Positions 38,981 through 52,357 of a stretch of DNA of 64,000 nucleotides are shown here, piece by piece. The notes under the pieces were generated by a model, which made no database searches, was not told where the DNA came from, and saw only the letters and a program-made list of their open reading frames with translations. The stretch covers positions 9,665,150 through 9,729,149 of the forward strand of contig OZ037772.1 in NCBI GenBank assembly GCA_964035545.1. The letters run 5' to 3'. How positions within the stretch are numbered: position 1 is the stretch's first letter; each line of letters begins with the position of its first letter. The stretch is from Bugula neritina. Lineage: Eukaryota > Animalia > Bryozoa. The translations under genes and the position numbers were made by a program.

Positions 38981-41900
38981 ATGGCTGAGGGTTACTCTAC
39001 AGTAGATCATCCCTCTTTTAATGGTTTGTTTGATATCATATAACTACCTTTATATTTTTAATTGAACTCATGCAAATATTTTAGCTGATATGTTAGCATG
39101 AAGCAATTTCATGTCTATACTTTTGGGCTCCTGCATTTGTAACACTCGTATTTATAGTTTGATATTTATGGCGCACAAATGATCAAGTGTGTTTGAAATA
39201 ATAAGCAATCAATTTCCTTATGCTAAAATAAGTATATCAGGCATTCAAGATTACTAGAAAATTGAGACATGACATTGAAATGAGTCATTATTGTATTTCA
39301 AGAGAGACTCAAGGTGCAGATTCTTCATTTAAAGGTAAATAAAAATATTCTCAGATTCAAGTATATAAGCAATGCTATAATGATTCTAGATTTTAGATTC
39401 ATTGCAACATGAGTTAGCTGTTGCTACTTGCTATATAGTAGTTTATATTGTTTTATACAGTTTCTTTCATTGGTAAAGAACTTCTTGGTAAAGGTAGTTT
39501 TGGGTTTGTCTACAAACAGTATGATGAACTGAGTAAACAATACATGGCTTGTAAGGAGGTGGACTTGGGTGTGGTTACTGACACACAATATCAGAAGGTA
39601 TTCCTTTATTTATGTGACTTCATTTTCTGTTTAGAGTTTCAAGATAAATGTTTTTCTAGTGTAGTTGATGCAGCTGTTAGGTTCTTAGAACTAAATGCTC
39701 AGCTAATGCACACGATGTCTGAAAGTTGTTTTCATTTGAGCATCTAATAGCCTCATTGCTTTGACATTTTTTTATCAAACATTTGTAGCTTTCCTTTATG
39801 TAATTCATCAAGCTTATAGTTTTTCAGTACAACTTCAATTGATAGATTTTTCATCAAAAATAATTTGCAAGTATTTATTGACATTTAAACACTATAAAAA
39901 AGTAAACTAAATGACTAAAGATCTTTGAACAGAAACTTTCTGCATCTGTTGAGTGAAATTCATGAAATATTTCAACTGGTACACTCAAAAATCTTTATTT
40001 TAGAAAGTTAAAGAAGCTATGAAAGAAGTGAGTGCAATGAAAAGATTGGATCATTCTAATATAGTCAAGTATTATGGATATGAAGTCATACAGGACCAAC
40101 ACAAACCGGGTTTGATAAAATTGATGTATTAATATGAGTTTTGTGCCCATATGCACAATAAATTATTATTATTAGAAACAGTATTCATTTACTATATTTT
40201 AATTCATCTTTCGTTTTTATCTGTGTCCGAGTATATTTAATTCATACTGTTGAAGTACACTGCTCAATGCATTAGCCACTATGTTTATCTAGTAATCCTA
40301 ATTTTGTTTCATTTTCAATAGAGATCAGGGTAGCATGTATTTATATGGAGTATGTCTCCGGAGGGTCTGTGAAGGATCATTTGAACAAAGAAGGAGCTTT
40401 CAAAGAGACTCAGGCTAAAATATACACACTACAGATGTTAGAAGGGGTCTCCTACCTTCACGGACAACGTATCATACACAGAGACTTGAAATGTGAGTAA
40501 TGATTAAAGTTTACTACCCACAGAAAATACTCCATAACATTTTCAAAATATTTACATTTTATTACAAATGTATGGAAAGATGTTGAGTTGGTAATAATTT
40601 TTAAATATCTGTCATCGGCTTTTCAGGTTCCAACATGCTGCTAAATGGTTGTTATATCTTGAAACTAGCAGACTTTGGAATAGCTAAGGAATGTCATCAT
40701 TCAACACTTGACAGTAAAAGAACTCTTAACACTTCTACTTGTGGTACAGCTCATTATATGGCACCAGAAGTTATGGCTGGAGGGGAGTATGGCAGGAAGG
40801 CTGATATTTGGTCAGTTTTTTTTCTATAGCTTATATTATAACAACATGTTCTTTTATTTCATTGAGCTTAGAACTATTATATAGTTATTCTTCTTTTCAA
40901 CAGGAGTGCTGGAGCTACTCTAGTGGAGATGTTGACCACACAACCTCCCTGGTCTAAATTTACTGATTATCAAGTCATGTACAGAATTGGACAAAATGAA
41001 AAGCCTAAATATGTCCTTGACTCTAGTCTAGGACCAGAAGTTAGAAGTTTCCTGGATGAGATATTCAACTATGATAGTGAAAGACGACCTTCGGCTGATG
41101 AGCTTTTGGGACATGACTGGTTTGGTTAGTTTAGAGTTGCAATAAGCTTATTTAATATTATTGACTAAAGCTTTATTAATAATTGGATTGCTATCACTCT
41201 TTAACCTTTGTTTATATACTTGTATATATTATTATGCTCATCAAAAGCTAAGTAACATTTCTCTTGATTGTGCTGCCATCATTATTTAACCTTTATAAAT
41301 ATACTAGTATAATACATTATCATGCTTATTAAAAAAATAAATTATAATTTAGTTTAGGTTATGACAAAGTGGTTGAATGCTCTGCTTTGTAGTAGATTTC
41401 TTATCATATATATATAATATGTAGTTATAGAGCCAGGTAATTATGTTACAACCAATTTTTGGTATCTGGATTGTTATAACTATCGAAGAAGACAATTTCA
41501 AATACTATTTTCCAAATGACACTGCAACTGTTGTTATAGTGTCTATTTTTCACGTGTTGAATTTTTTTTAGATGATCTCCTGGGCTTAATATATTACAAG
41601 GTTTGTTGATTCTCTTCATTTTTTGAATGTGGAAAAATTTCGAAGCTAGTAAATTTATTATAATATGGGTCATTTTACTTAATTTATTACACACTGGATA
41701 TCTTCAGTTTTCAGCTATTTTTCACAATTTAACTGCTAATGGACATGGGTTTTTTGGCCAAAACTAGTAAAACATTAATAAATACACTTAAATAATCAGA
41801 GTTATTTTTAATTTTGCTTCATTTCCCATGTTTTTTTTCCTAATTATTCAGTTACTTTTGATTGCGGACCTTTACGGTTTTTTCGTAACGGTCCGCACTC

Positions 41901-42098
41901 CTAATAAGCTAAATATATAAGAAAAAAGATGGGAAATCAAGCAAAATTAAAAAGATCTTTAATTGTTTCGGTGTATTTATTGGCGCTTTATTAGTTTTGG
42001 GCAAAAAGCCCATGTTCATTACCAGGTAAATTGTGAAAAATAGCTAAAAATGGAGATTTCAGTGTGTACTAATTTTGACTTGCTTCTATGCAGAGTGA
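38981..42098 (+). CDS. MAP3K (MEKK2/3-like) kinase, copy 4 (~288 aa, kinase domain only)
   Basis: Exons 38981-39023 (MAEGYSTVDHPSFN), 39461-39597, 40004-40109, 40322-40492, 40627-40810, 40904-41124, then either read-through to the stop at 41129 or splicing to 42094-42098 (E*). Motifs GKGSFG, MACK, HRDLKCSN, DFG, APE are intact. Confidence 0.88.
41690..42066. mobile_element. Fold-back (whole-length palindromic) MITE with TA TSD
   Basis: TA|CACACTG ... CAGTGTG|TA; arms are complementary over essentially the full length with centre tgcggacc-tttacg-gttttt-tcgtaa-cggtccgca; absent from the paralogous flank of copy 5. Confidence 0.88.
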
Positions 42099-43194
42099 TG
42101 AGTATGTCGAGGAGGCAATGCGAGAGGTGTGTTTAGCACTCGTGAGACACCAAAAGTCTGTCTAGAAGATGCGGCGACATAAGGCCACTTGCATACTACT
42201 GTAGGCTCTGCGGCATATACAAGCTCTACTAAACTGCTACTACATATACAAGCTCTACTAAACTGAAGCTGAACCATAGTATGTTGTATTTGAAGTGACA
42301 CAACATCTATAGTGTTAGGAGAATCTCAAAGACCAAACTCTTATTATCCAAATTTACCAGCCAGTGTATAACTTCTGCTCTTAACACAAAGCTAACATGA
42401 CATGCAAATTAGTTACTATATATGTTGGTACACTTACTAATACTCGATACATTCTGGTCACATACTAACCACAGTTCTATCTGCACCTCTCCCTCACTTG
42501 ACATTTGTAGTTGTATGCTCCTGACTTTATGTGTGTCATTAGAGATAATCCACACCTACACTCCTGTGGCGGTGGTTAAAACCTGGCCTTTACTCAAATT
42601 CTTACCAGCTACTTTGCTACTATCCAAAACAGCATATTTTAGAATAGTTTTATAAACTTTGTTCAACTGTATATTATGGCTTTATATTGTACTTTGTTTT
42701 CTATATTTAACTATTGGTCACTAAATACTCATTCTCTACCAGGTATTTAAAAAGCTTCAATAAATTGTAATTTTAGTACAATATACCCTATTGCAATGGT
42801 TATTACCATAAGAATTGAAGTGGTTTATGTGCCAAGAAGATAGATTTGGCTGTGGATATTTTTGTTTTGTGTTTTTAAGTTTTATTTTTCTACTTTTTTA
42901 CTTTACTTTTTCATAACGTTGTTTATATTCTATGTTTATACACAACTCAGATAGTTTTTCTAGACCTCTGCACATTTATTTTTTTTAAGCATCAATTATT
43001 TTTGGAATTATTTTTTCTTTATGCTGTTATTTTATATTTTGTATCAATAGTAACAAATATTCCGACCAATATTTTTTTGTCATATTTTATATTTTAATAC
43101 GATATCGGCCTTACAAAATGTGTACCATTTTGATCATTTTTCAATTATTCATGCCTAATAAATATTGGATAAGCCAAGCCTGTTTCCAAAATAC

Positions 43195-43451
<257 letters not shown>

Positions 43452-44227
43452 TAGCAGTCTTATGCAATACATCAAGCAATCTCTAACACCATAGATAAAA
43501 ATACAACACTACATACACAATTGAGATTCAAACATGATTGTAAGAGTGACCACCGTGGCATGTAAATAATTCTTCTTTGTAGTTTTATAACAATTTAATG
43601 TTTCTGTGGGACGGCATATAGGGCCATAACGAATTTAAGGGACATCGTTAAACGCATGATGCATAATTTATATGATGCCTGCAGGTAGCTTTCAACTCTT
43701 GCAAGTGACTTTCACCACCTATATTCAAAACTTTCTGCTATCATCATATCTGGGTAATTATCACTGCGCACTGTAGCTTGGCCACAATATAGATAGAGTA
43801 CATATTATTTGTAAGTAGCTTGTAGCTTTACTAATATTTACATCAAATTAATTCTTCCACTACATAAGTTTAAGTGCCAGTTCATTCACCATAATTATTA
43901 TCTTACCATCGTGGGCTTCTTCATTATAGTTAAAATTAAGGAACTGATAGCAGTGCAATATAGAAACACATTTCTTACTTGAAAGGGTGGGGGAGGGGGG
44001 GCGACATTTAGAGAATAATATAATCCAAAATTTTCAGCACCCTCCAACCTATGCCTCAACCTTTCAGCTCATTCTTCTCACCCCACATTGCAACCTATAT
44101 CATGTTATGCAATTTATAATTGTTGCAGAATTATGTTACAAATACTCTATTCTAATTTTTTGTTGTGTATCTACTCTGAAAAAAAGAAATAAGGTATTCC
44201 TTTTGATTTGACATAGATACTGGCTAT

Positions 44228-44614
44228 TGTTGTATCCCAATTAGTGAGTCAGTTGTAGTTGTCTTCTTTTACTCTTGTGTGTATTGGGAGTGCACAACTC
44301 TGTGATATTTGCATCAACATACATATAGTGTGGGTGTGGCTTGCGTGGGTGTTGGAGATATAAAGCACAGTGTGTATAAGAGAGAGATAGAGTGAATGGC
44401 GTGATAGAAGATTGTGCAGAAGAAGACAAAAGAATGTATTAAGCTATGTGAGTGAGGGCTAGCCCAAGAAGTCGACGCCGGAGCACCCACAGACAATACC
44501 CGCAGCCTAGCCAAGCAACCTGTGTACTGAACCCGAGCTCACCTGAAGACTACAACCCAATTATATTATTCGGTGAGTTGTTATAACTCCAAACCGCATA
44601 TCCCTGATGTAACA
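44228..44614 (+). mobile_element. Solo LTR (Gypsy-type 4-bp TSD)
   Basis: ctat|TGTTGTATC ... GATGTAACA|ctat; internal TATAAA at about 44359; 387 bp. Confidence 0.8.
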
Positions 44615-44799
44615 CTATTCCATTAACTTTGCTAAATTAACTGAATAATTTATAATAATCAAGTATATATTTTTCATATGTAAAAGTAGCCATTATGTTT
44701 GACTAGAAAAGAACTTCATCATTGTTCAAAATATCAGTAATAATTATTGGGTCAAGAGGTGTCAAAATTACATCATTATGTTAACGTTGCAATAGTATA

Positions 44800-44960
44800 G
44801 AATTTCCAGTGTCTGGTACAGTCATGATGGATGTTTCCAATACACGCAGGGAATCCACATTTTACGCAGTGGTTTTCCCCCGTTCTGGGAAATTCTATTA
44901 TAGCTAATAGAAAGATCGCTTTTCGACCCAAACTTTTACATTTGCACTAAATATCCGCCT
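44800..44960 (+). promoter_or_regulatory. Paralogous upstream block with NF-kB-like sites (kinase copy 5)
   Basis: GGATGTTTCC 44829-44838, GGGAATCCAC 44849-44858, GGTTTTCCCC 44871-44880, GGGAAATTCT 44887-44896; shares tacgcagtggttt and taaatatccgcc with 28310-28500. Confidence 0.5.
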
Positions 44961-45357
44961 CTCCTAACTGGGTTTGCAGAGAAACATAGCGGTGACAGCC
45001 TGATATTGTTGAGTCGCACTTGAAACAGAAATAAACTTTCACATTTTCCCTGAGCTTTGGGAACATAAAGGTATTATAATTCATCTATTATTTACTTTTG
45101 GATTAACTACAGTAGCTATGGGTAGTTAAACTCATCTAATTGCATAATACTAATAGTAATATCAAATGACAAATTGAAATTGAACTTATTCATTTTCATT
45201 TTGATTTTGTGCAGTCATTCATTTTCAACTTCGAGTTATATTTTTACTTATAGTGATAGTCATTAATCATTATTATTATCAATGTCATTATGATTATTAT
45301 TTATCTTGTGAAACTCTTGTTTAGTAATAGTTTCTTTATATATATTTTATTTACTAT

Positions 45358-47172
45358 CACTGCGTTTCCATGAAGGCGAATGAATGCGTACGAGTGCCCG
45401 TACGGATTACATCGAAGGAAAAACCACACGTTCCTATGCAATCCGTACGAAGTTATCTTTTCTTTGCAATTGTGACGGCTGAACTAAAATGATAATTAAT
45501 ATGGCCAACTTTGAGTTTGAGTTCATGCACAACGGCAATTTTTTAATTCTGTCCCCACTTTTGATAGATTAAATCAATCAAATACACAAACTTTGAGTCA
45601 GTTCATTTAAACTAAAAAAGCATAAACCAATGAAAGCATAAAGTATTTCTCGATCGATAAACTTAAGCTTAAAAGTAAATCAAATTTTCAAAATGAAAAT
45701 AGCTGTCAACTTATTTTTAGCCTGGGAAAGCTTTGGCTTACGGAAATTTTTTTACAAATTTAAGATGATTAGTAACCATTCTAAATAATAGCAGCTATGA
45801 TAAATAAAATAATTTAAATTTTTAAAAGCCGAAGTACACTTTAGCGTAGGTTGTAACAAGTTTATAATTATTGTTTACATCGCGTAACTATGTAACTAGC
45901 CGCCACAAATGCTGATCTCTGCCTCCGGCACAAAAGGTTTCATTCGATTTAACCGAAGGAATCATTTCCATCATGTGCATAATGCGAAGGAAAATTTTCA
46001 TCGAAGGAGCTGTTCGGTGTAATTTCGATGCAACTGTTTCCATAGGACGAATGAGAAAATCCATTCGCATAATGCCCATGACACATTACAGTCGAAACTC
46101 GACTGTGACGGCCATTTTAGAGCTGCTTGCGCATACCTTCAACGTCACATCCTACTTTTTGCTGGTCACACTACAGTTTTCTACAAACGATGAAAGCTGA
46201 TGCCCATGACACACTACAGTCGAAACTCGACTGTGGCGGCCATTTTGAAGCTGCTTGCGCATACCTTCAACGTCACGTCCTACTTTTTGCTGGTCACACT
46301 ACAGTTCACTACAAACGATGAAAGCTAACTGTCTCTAGCCCCGCAGTAAACTTTTAATCAATAGGAATGCCATGTCGAACTTTCATCGCATCGCTAAAAA
46401 CTGACAGTTGCGTTCAGAAATCAGACAGTTGTGACGTCACAGGGGTCAACGCTTAGCCTCGAAAACGCGTTCAAAATGGCGTTTAGACTGTAGTGTGGCA
46501 GCCCCATAACTGTCTCTAGTCCCGCAGTAAACTTTTAAACCAATAGGAATGCCATAACTCAGTTTTTGCAGTATCCACAGTGACCAGCAATCAAATTTAG
46601 CGCAAATAATTGAGATTTACTAGCATAATTTAATAAGATTTACTAGTTATTTTTATTCTAATTGACTAGCTTAAATTATTCGAAATTACTAGCTTTATTC
46701 AATGAGATTACCTAGCTTTATTCAAGCTCATTCACTAGCCTAAAGAACTAAATGCGCTAATAAAATTCAATCAAATTAGAAAAATAAATATTATGCAGAT
46801 AAAATTTAGCAAAATTTATCTAATAAATACTTATTTTCATAATTTATTAAGATTTTCATACATAACTTCATCATAATTATTTTAAAAGTAAAATAATATA
46901 ATTTTTGAAGAACCAAATCAAATAATAATAATGCTCGCTAGTAGCATGTGGAATAAGTAAAAGCACTAACCAATCAGGGCTTACCCGGCCAGTCAGTGAT
47001 TGGCTAATCGCTCAACTTCAGCGTTCAGCGTTCGACATGTCGAACTTTCATCGCATCGCAAAAAACTGACAGTTGCGTTCAGAATTCAGACAGTTGTGAC
47101 GTCACAGAGGTCAACGCTTAGCCTCGAAAACGCGTTCAAAATGGCGTTTCGACTGTAGTGTGGCAGCCCCAT
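45358..47172. mobile_element. Composite of non-autonomous DNA-transposon sequences with duplicated termini
   Basis: CpG-rich island; ~128-bp unit in tandem at about 46072-46199 and 46200-46327; ~138-bp unit at about 46371-46508 and 47036-47172; imperfect TIRs (cacactacagtcgaaac / gtttcgactgtagtgtg). No transposase ORF. Confidence 0.7.
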
Positions 47173-48569
47173 ATAGCTGTGGTGGTGTGATGTGGAATAC
47201 TGCTAAGCTAGAAATATGTAAAATTAACTCAATACCACGCACAAACATCTACACACACACGCACGCACGCACACACATACATCAGCTTAGTGGCAAAATT
47301 TTTCCTTTATAACTTATATAAACTCGCGGTACCAATCGCGGCATAATGATTTTTCATGCTTTAAAGTCAACACTCCTAAATATACCACACTGTCTCTAAC
47401 TAACTAGTCCTGCCTTGGTTCACAGCGTACATTAGTAGTTAGTAATTACTGTCCAGCCGACTATAGGAAAGACGCCACGCATTACAGTTGTCAGCTATCA
47501 CCATAGTTGATCCGCTGCAATTGTAGACATCGTGCCACGAGGAGCTGTTCTTTCGATAATAATAATAGTAATACAAAATCTCTACACAGTATTAGCATGG
47601 CTACACGTGATCGGCGAGTGTAATTATTTTATTAATATGATTAGTAAGACTAAGTATAAGAACGATAAACTCAAAATCAATTCGCAATTTTAAACTGCTA
47701 TTGACTCTAGTTGATGTCAATAATTTTATCTAAAGTTGGTATCGGAAGAGAATGTATAATTTATAGTTTTTATCATAATTTTCTGTGTAAACATATAGCA
47801 AAGATGCAGCAATTTTCAAAGCAAGATTAATTTTTCTTGTAACTATTCACCACAATATATTATAGGACTTTAAGCCATAAGTGGCATAATATTGGAGAAT
47901 GCTTTATTGACTGAGCTCTGATATATAACAACACTCTGCTTGCAGGCACCTTTCTATTATAGGTGATCTTATGGCATCGAACAGATATCTCAAGCTCAAT
48001 AGCATGGATTCCTACTTTTCAGCATTCATATAAAGAATATTTATTTCATCAATCACTTAATGACAATCAACTATTTACTATATTATTTGTTTTTCTGGGT
48101 TTGAAAAATAATAACATTTTATGCTATCTTAGCTCAGTTAGTTTAAAGCTCTACGTTTTGCTGTGGTGTACATATTCAAATATAAAGAGGAGGATTTTAC
48201 ATTTATAAGTTGAAACTCAGTAAAATTTAAATGGAACGCTTTTCTCATATTTAACAATGTAAAGACTAGAGGGCTACAAACCTGACATTAATCAACATTT
48301 TCTATTAAATCATTTGATTAAAGGTTTTTATATTTTCAATGCAGAGTTGTAGACTTGTAGGTGTATAGATTTTAAATGAATGTTTTATTTCCTTTGTGAA
48401 AAAGCTTAGGATCTGTTGTGTAGGAAGTTATTATTGAGACGGTGAGCTAAAAAGAAATAGAAAGCTACAATGGCTGCAGGTTAGTTTTCAGTTTTTAAGG
48501 CGCCAGAAAACTGGTCATGGAGAGAACTTTTTACTATTTGAATTTTTTTATGGGAATGTTTGTTCTGCA

Positions 48570-48980
48570 GATGTCACCTAGTTAGTGAAAGTCCTGCCTG
48601 AGATCATCAGTTGCAATCTCTTCCTGTTCCATTTTATTCCTCATTTGCTGGTCAACGCACCTCAAATTTTGTAATATCTGCACTGTGGAATAAGTTGCCA
48701 AAATTTTTAAAGATTATACAGCCACTTGGTAAATTTAAAGTGGAATTGAGGCATCACCTCTACTCTGTTGAGTGATCTGTGGTGCCTTCTATGGTAATGC
48801 CGACTTTGGGCCCGCGTACCACTAGCCATGCTATTTCGCACTGGGCCTCATCATCACTTCCGACAGCTTATTTTGATATACTGTTGTTTGTTACTATGTT
48901 TCTTTTCTAATTGCTTGTTCTGCTCTTGTAACTTATGCTAGTTGTAAAACACTATGTTATGATGAAAATACACACACACA
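48570..48980 (+). mobile_element. 5'-truncated LINE 3' end
   Basis: Reads ...AGQRTSNFVISALWNKLPKFLKIIQPLGKFKVELRHHL*, the WNxLP...FKxxL end typical of non-LTR ORF2; followed by a 3' UTR and a (CA)n tail. Confidence 0.75.
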
Positions 48981-49675
48981 GATGGTGAGTTAAAAAGAAA
49001 TGGAAACTTACAATGGCTGCAGATTAATCGTTTTCAGTTTACAAAGAGCCAGTATATATATAATATGCAAGAATTTTCGTTGTTTGAAATTTTTTAAACT
49101 CCGATTAAAAAAATTAATTGACTTTCTAATTATGACTATTCAAATTTATTTAAAAAATGAAAATATATGTGTATAAGCCAACACTATTGGTTTACTGAAC
49201 AAAGAACTGTTTTAATGTCCAGCTTTTAACTGTTTCTATGTAACTATAAGCATTGATAAACCTGTAGGCAATCTATTTAGGATTTGTTGAGACTGAATGA
49301 TAAAATCACCTAAAGCTTATGTTTTCTTGAGACTAACTACTGCTGTGCTTTGGCTCTGAAAACTCACTTTGAAATTGATTTTTCTGATTCACTGCATGTC
49401 AAGACTCATGCTTAAAAGTTTATTGCTTTTAATTTTACTGATGCATTATGCAATTGGCACCAACTAGCATTTGATTCTTTCTGCTTCTGTTACAGACAAT
49501 TATAACAATGATGAGTTATCTTTCCTGAACCTTGTAGTTTGTTGTGAATATTTTTCTAACATAGTAAATGATTATGAATTTACACATACATTGGCCGAAC
49601 ATGGCAATATCATAGCTGACTGTGTTTTGTGTTTTACAGTTTTGATGCCTAGTGAGAAGATTTTAAGGATTTAAG

Positions 49676-52357
49676 ATGGCTTGCATTGGAAATGATGTCA
49701 ATGACAAGTTTGCAGGTATAGTGAATATTTGGATCTTGAACCTATTGCTAAAAATTTTCTTATCTCATGACTACTGCTTTTGAATTCAATATAATGTTAT
49801 CACCGTCCCGCTACCCGAACAGGACAAAGTGGAAATAGGTGAAAAAAAATTATTATCATCATAACATAGCAGTATCATAGCTTCATGGCTAAGTTTGTGT
49901 TTTACAGTTTCGATTGCCAGTAGAGAAAAACTGGGTGCCGGTAGCTTTGGGACTGTGTTTAAAGTTTTTGATATGCTGAGTAAAAGACACATGGCTTGCA
50001 AGGAAATAGACCTTGGTATAGTTAAGGTCAAGGAACATCAGAAGGTATTAGCTGCAATAGTTTATGTTTGTGAAGTTATAATTTTACTATACTAATAGAG
50101 TTTATATCTCTGTTTTGTATCAAAGTCTATAATCAGTGCATAGGCCTAGTAGTAGTTCTAACACTCCAAGTATATGCATATATACTTACAACTATTTGCT
50201 AGAGTTATGTAGTAATTATTCTTTGACATATTCAGCCATATAGCACGGGGGTGGCCAAACGTTTTGCTAGTAGGCCAAATTTTCTAAATAAGGTTTTTTT
50301 GCTTATGTAGCTAATTTATGGATTTTTACATTAACCAATAATGATACAGGTAATAAACACAGGAAATAGGGAGTATGAATTCTAATATATGATGACTTTA
50401 TAGTTTATAAATCAGAGTTCAATTTGAAACCTTAATAGTAAATTTTTAAAAAATGGGGAAGTGCTTTATGTATATCGACAGAACCAGATAAGTGACATTT
50501 AAATTCTAGGAACTTCTGAAAGCAATGAGAGAAGTGAACGCAATGAATAAACTAGATCATGTAAATATAGTGAAGTACTTTGGTTATGAAATGAAGGATG
50601 GCAACCAGGGTCCTGGTACGTGTATTATTCGCTGGATGCATAACAGTGTGTGTGTGCGTGCGTGTGGGTGTTTATATATTATTAGCACAACAAAGATGAT
50701 CAAACTAGCTGCGAGTTGAAATATTAATTTGTATATATTAGACTTGTTGGTAATTTCTTCATCATTCTTATACTATTGTGAGATATCAATATTTTATATT
50801 CTTTATATTCTAACAGAGTTTAGAATCCTATGTATTTATATGGAGTATGTTTCGGGAGGGTCTGTGAAGGACCGTTTGAACAAAGAAGGAGCTTTCAACG
50901 AGACTCAGGCTAAAAAATACACATGCCAGATGTTACTTGGTGTCTCTTACCTTCACGAGCAACATATCATACACAGAGACTTGAAATGTGAGCCCTGGTA
51001 ACTGTGCAGTTATTATTTTCTATTTTGTTTTTTATTGTAATCGTTTGTCATATACTATGTTAAACAATTATAGTTACAGTGATTAGTGAAATGGCTAAGC
51101 AACATGTAAACTTCTTTCAGGTTAAATAATGTTCTCAATGAGACAAAAATTTGATATTTGCATTACACACTTTGTATATTGTAGGCTCCAACATGCTGCT
51201 AGATAGAGAAGATAACATAAAACTAGCAGACCTTGGAATAGCTAAAGAATGTCATCATTCAACACATAAGAGCAATAGAACTCGTTACACTGCTACTTGT
51301 GGTACAGCTCACTATATGGCACCAGAGGTTATAGCTGGAGAGGAGTATGGCAGGAAGGCAGATGTTTGGTCAGTTTTCTTTCTATAGCTTATAACAGCAT
51401 GTTCTTGCGTTTCATTGAGATTAGAACTTATTAAATATAGTCATTCTTCTTTTCAAAAGGAGTGCTGGGGCTACTCTGGTGGAAATGCTGACCACAAAAC
51501 CTCCCTGGTCTAAGCTAAACGATTTTCAAGTCATGTTCAGAATCGGAATAAAGCAAAAAAAACCTGCATATGTCCTTGACTCTAGTCTAGGACCAGAAGT
51601 TAGAAGGTTCCTGGATGAGATATTCAACTATGATAGTGAAAGACGACCGTCGGCTGATGAGCTTTTGGGACATGACTGGTTTGGTTAGTTTAGAGTTGCA
51701 ATAAGCTTCTTTAATATTATTGACTAAAGCTTTATTAATAATTGGATTGCTATCACTCTTTAACCTTTGTTTATATACTTGTATATATTATTATGCTCAT
51801 CAAAAGCTAAATAATATTTCTCTTAGTTGTGCTGCCATCATTATTTAACCTTTATTAATATACTAGTATAATACATTATCACGCTTATTAAAAAAATAAA
51901 TTATAATTTAGTTTAGGTTATGACAAAGTGGTTGAATGCTCTGCTTTGTAGTAGATTTCTTATCATATATATAATTATGTAGTTATAGAGCCACCAATTT
52001 TTGGTATCTGGATTGTTATAACTATCGAAGAAGACAATTTCAAATATTATTTTCCAAATGACTCTGCAACTGTTGTTATAGTGTCTATTTTTCACATGTT
52101 GGATTTTTTTTAGATGATCACCGGGGCTTCATATATTACAAGGTTTGTTGATTCTCTTTATTTTTTGAATGTGGAAAAATTTCGCAGCTAGTAAATTTAT
52201 TATAATATAATGAAAAACAAATTCTTTCCTTTACAGATAAGGAGCAAAAACTGCATATAATAGGAAATCTTTTTAATTATGTATTACAGTTTCACTTTTT
52301 GTCATGAATATGAAGCTAGGTGGTCAGCTAATTTTGACTTGCTTCTATGCAGAGTGA
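49676..52357 (+). CDS. MAP3K (MEKK2/3-like) kinase, copy 5 (~288 aa, kinase domain only; DLG variant)
   Basis: Exons 49676-49715 (MACIGNDVNDKFA; 40 nt as in copies 2 and 3), 49908-50044, 50510-50615, 50817-50987, 51185-51368, 51460-51683, then stop at 51688 or splicing to 52353-52357 (E*). Motifs GAGSFG, MACK, HRDLKCSN, LADLG, APE. Confidence 0.88.

Noticed and set aside
42086-42655. Paired ORFs repeated at 52345-52986 suggesting a second interspersed gene
   Set aside because: Explained by recent duplication of the kinase last exon and 3' UTR; frames are interrupted and no recognisable protein motifs.
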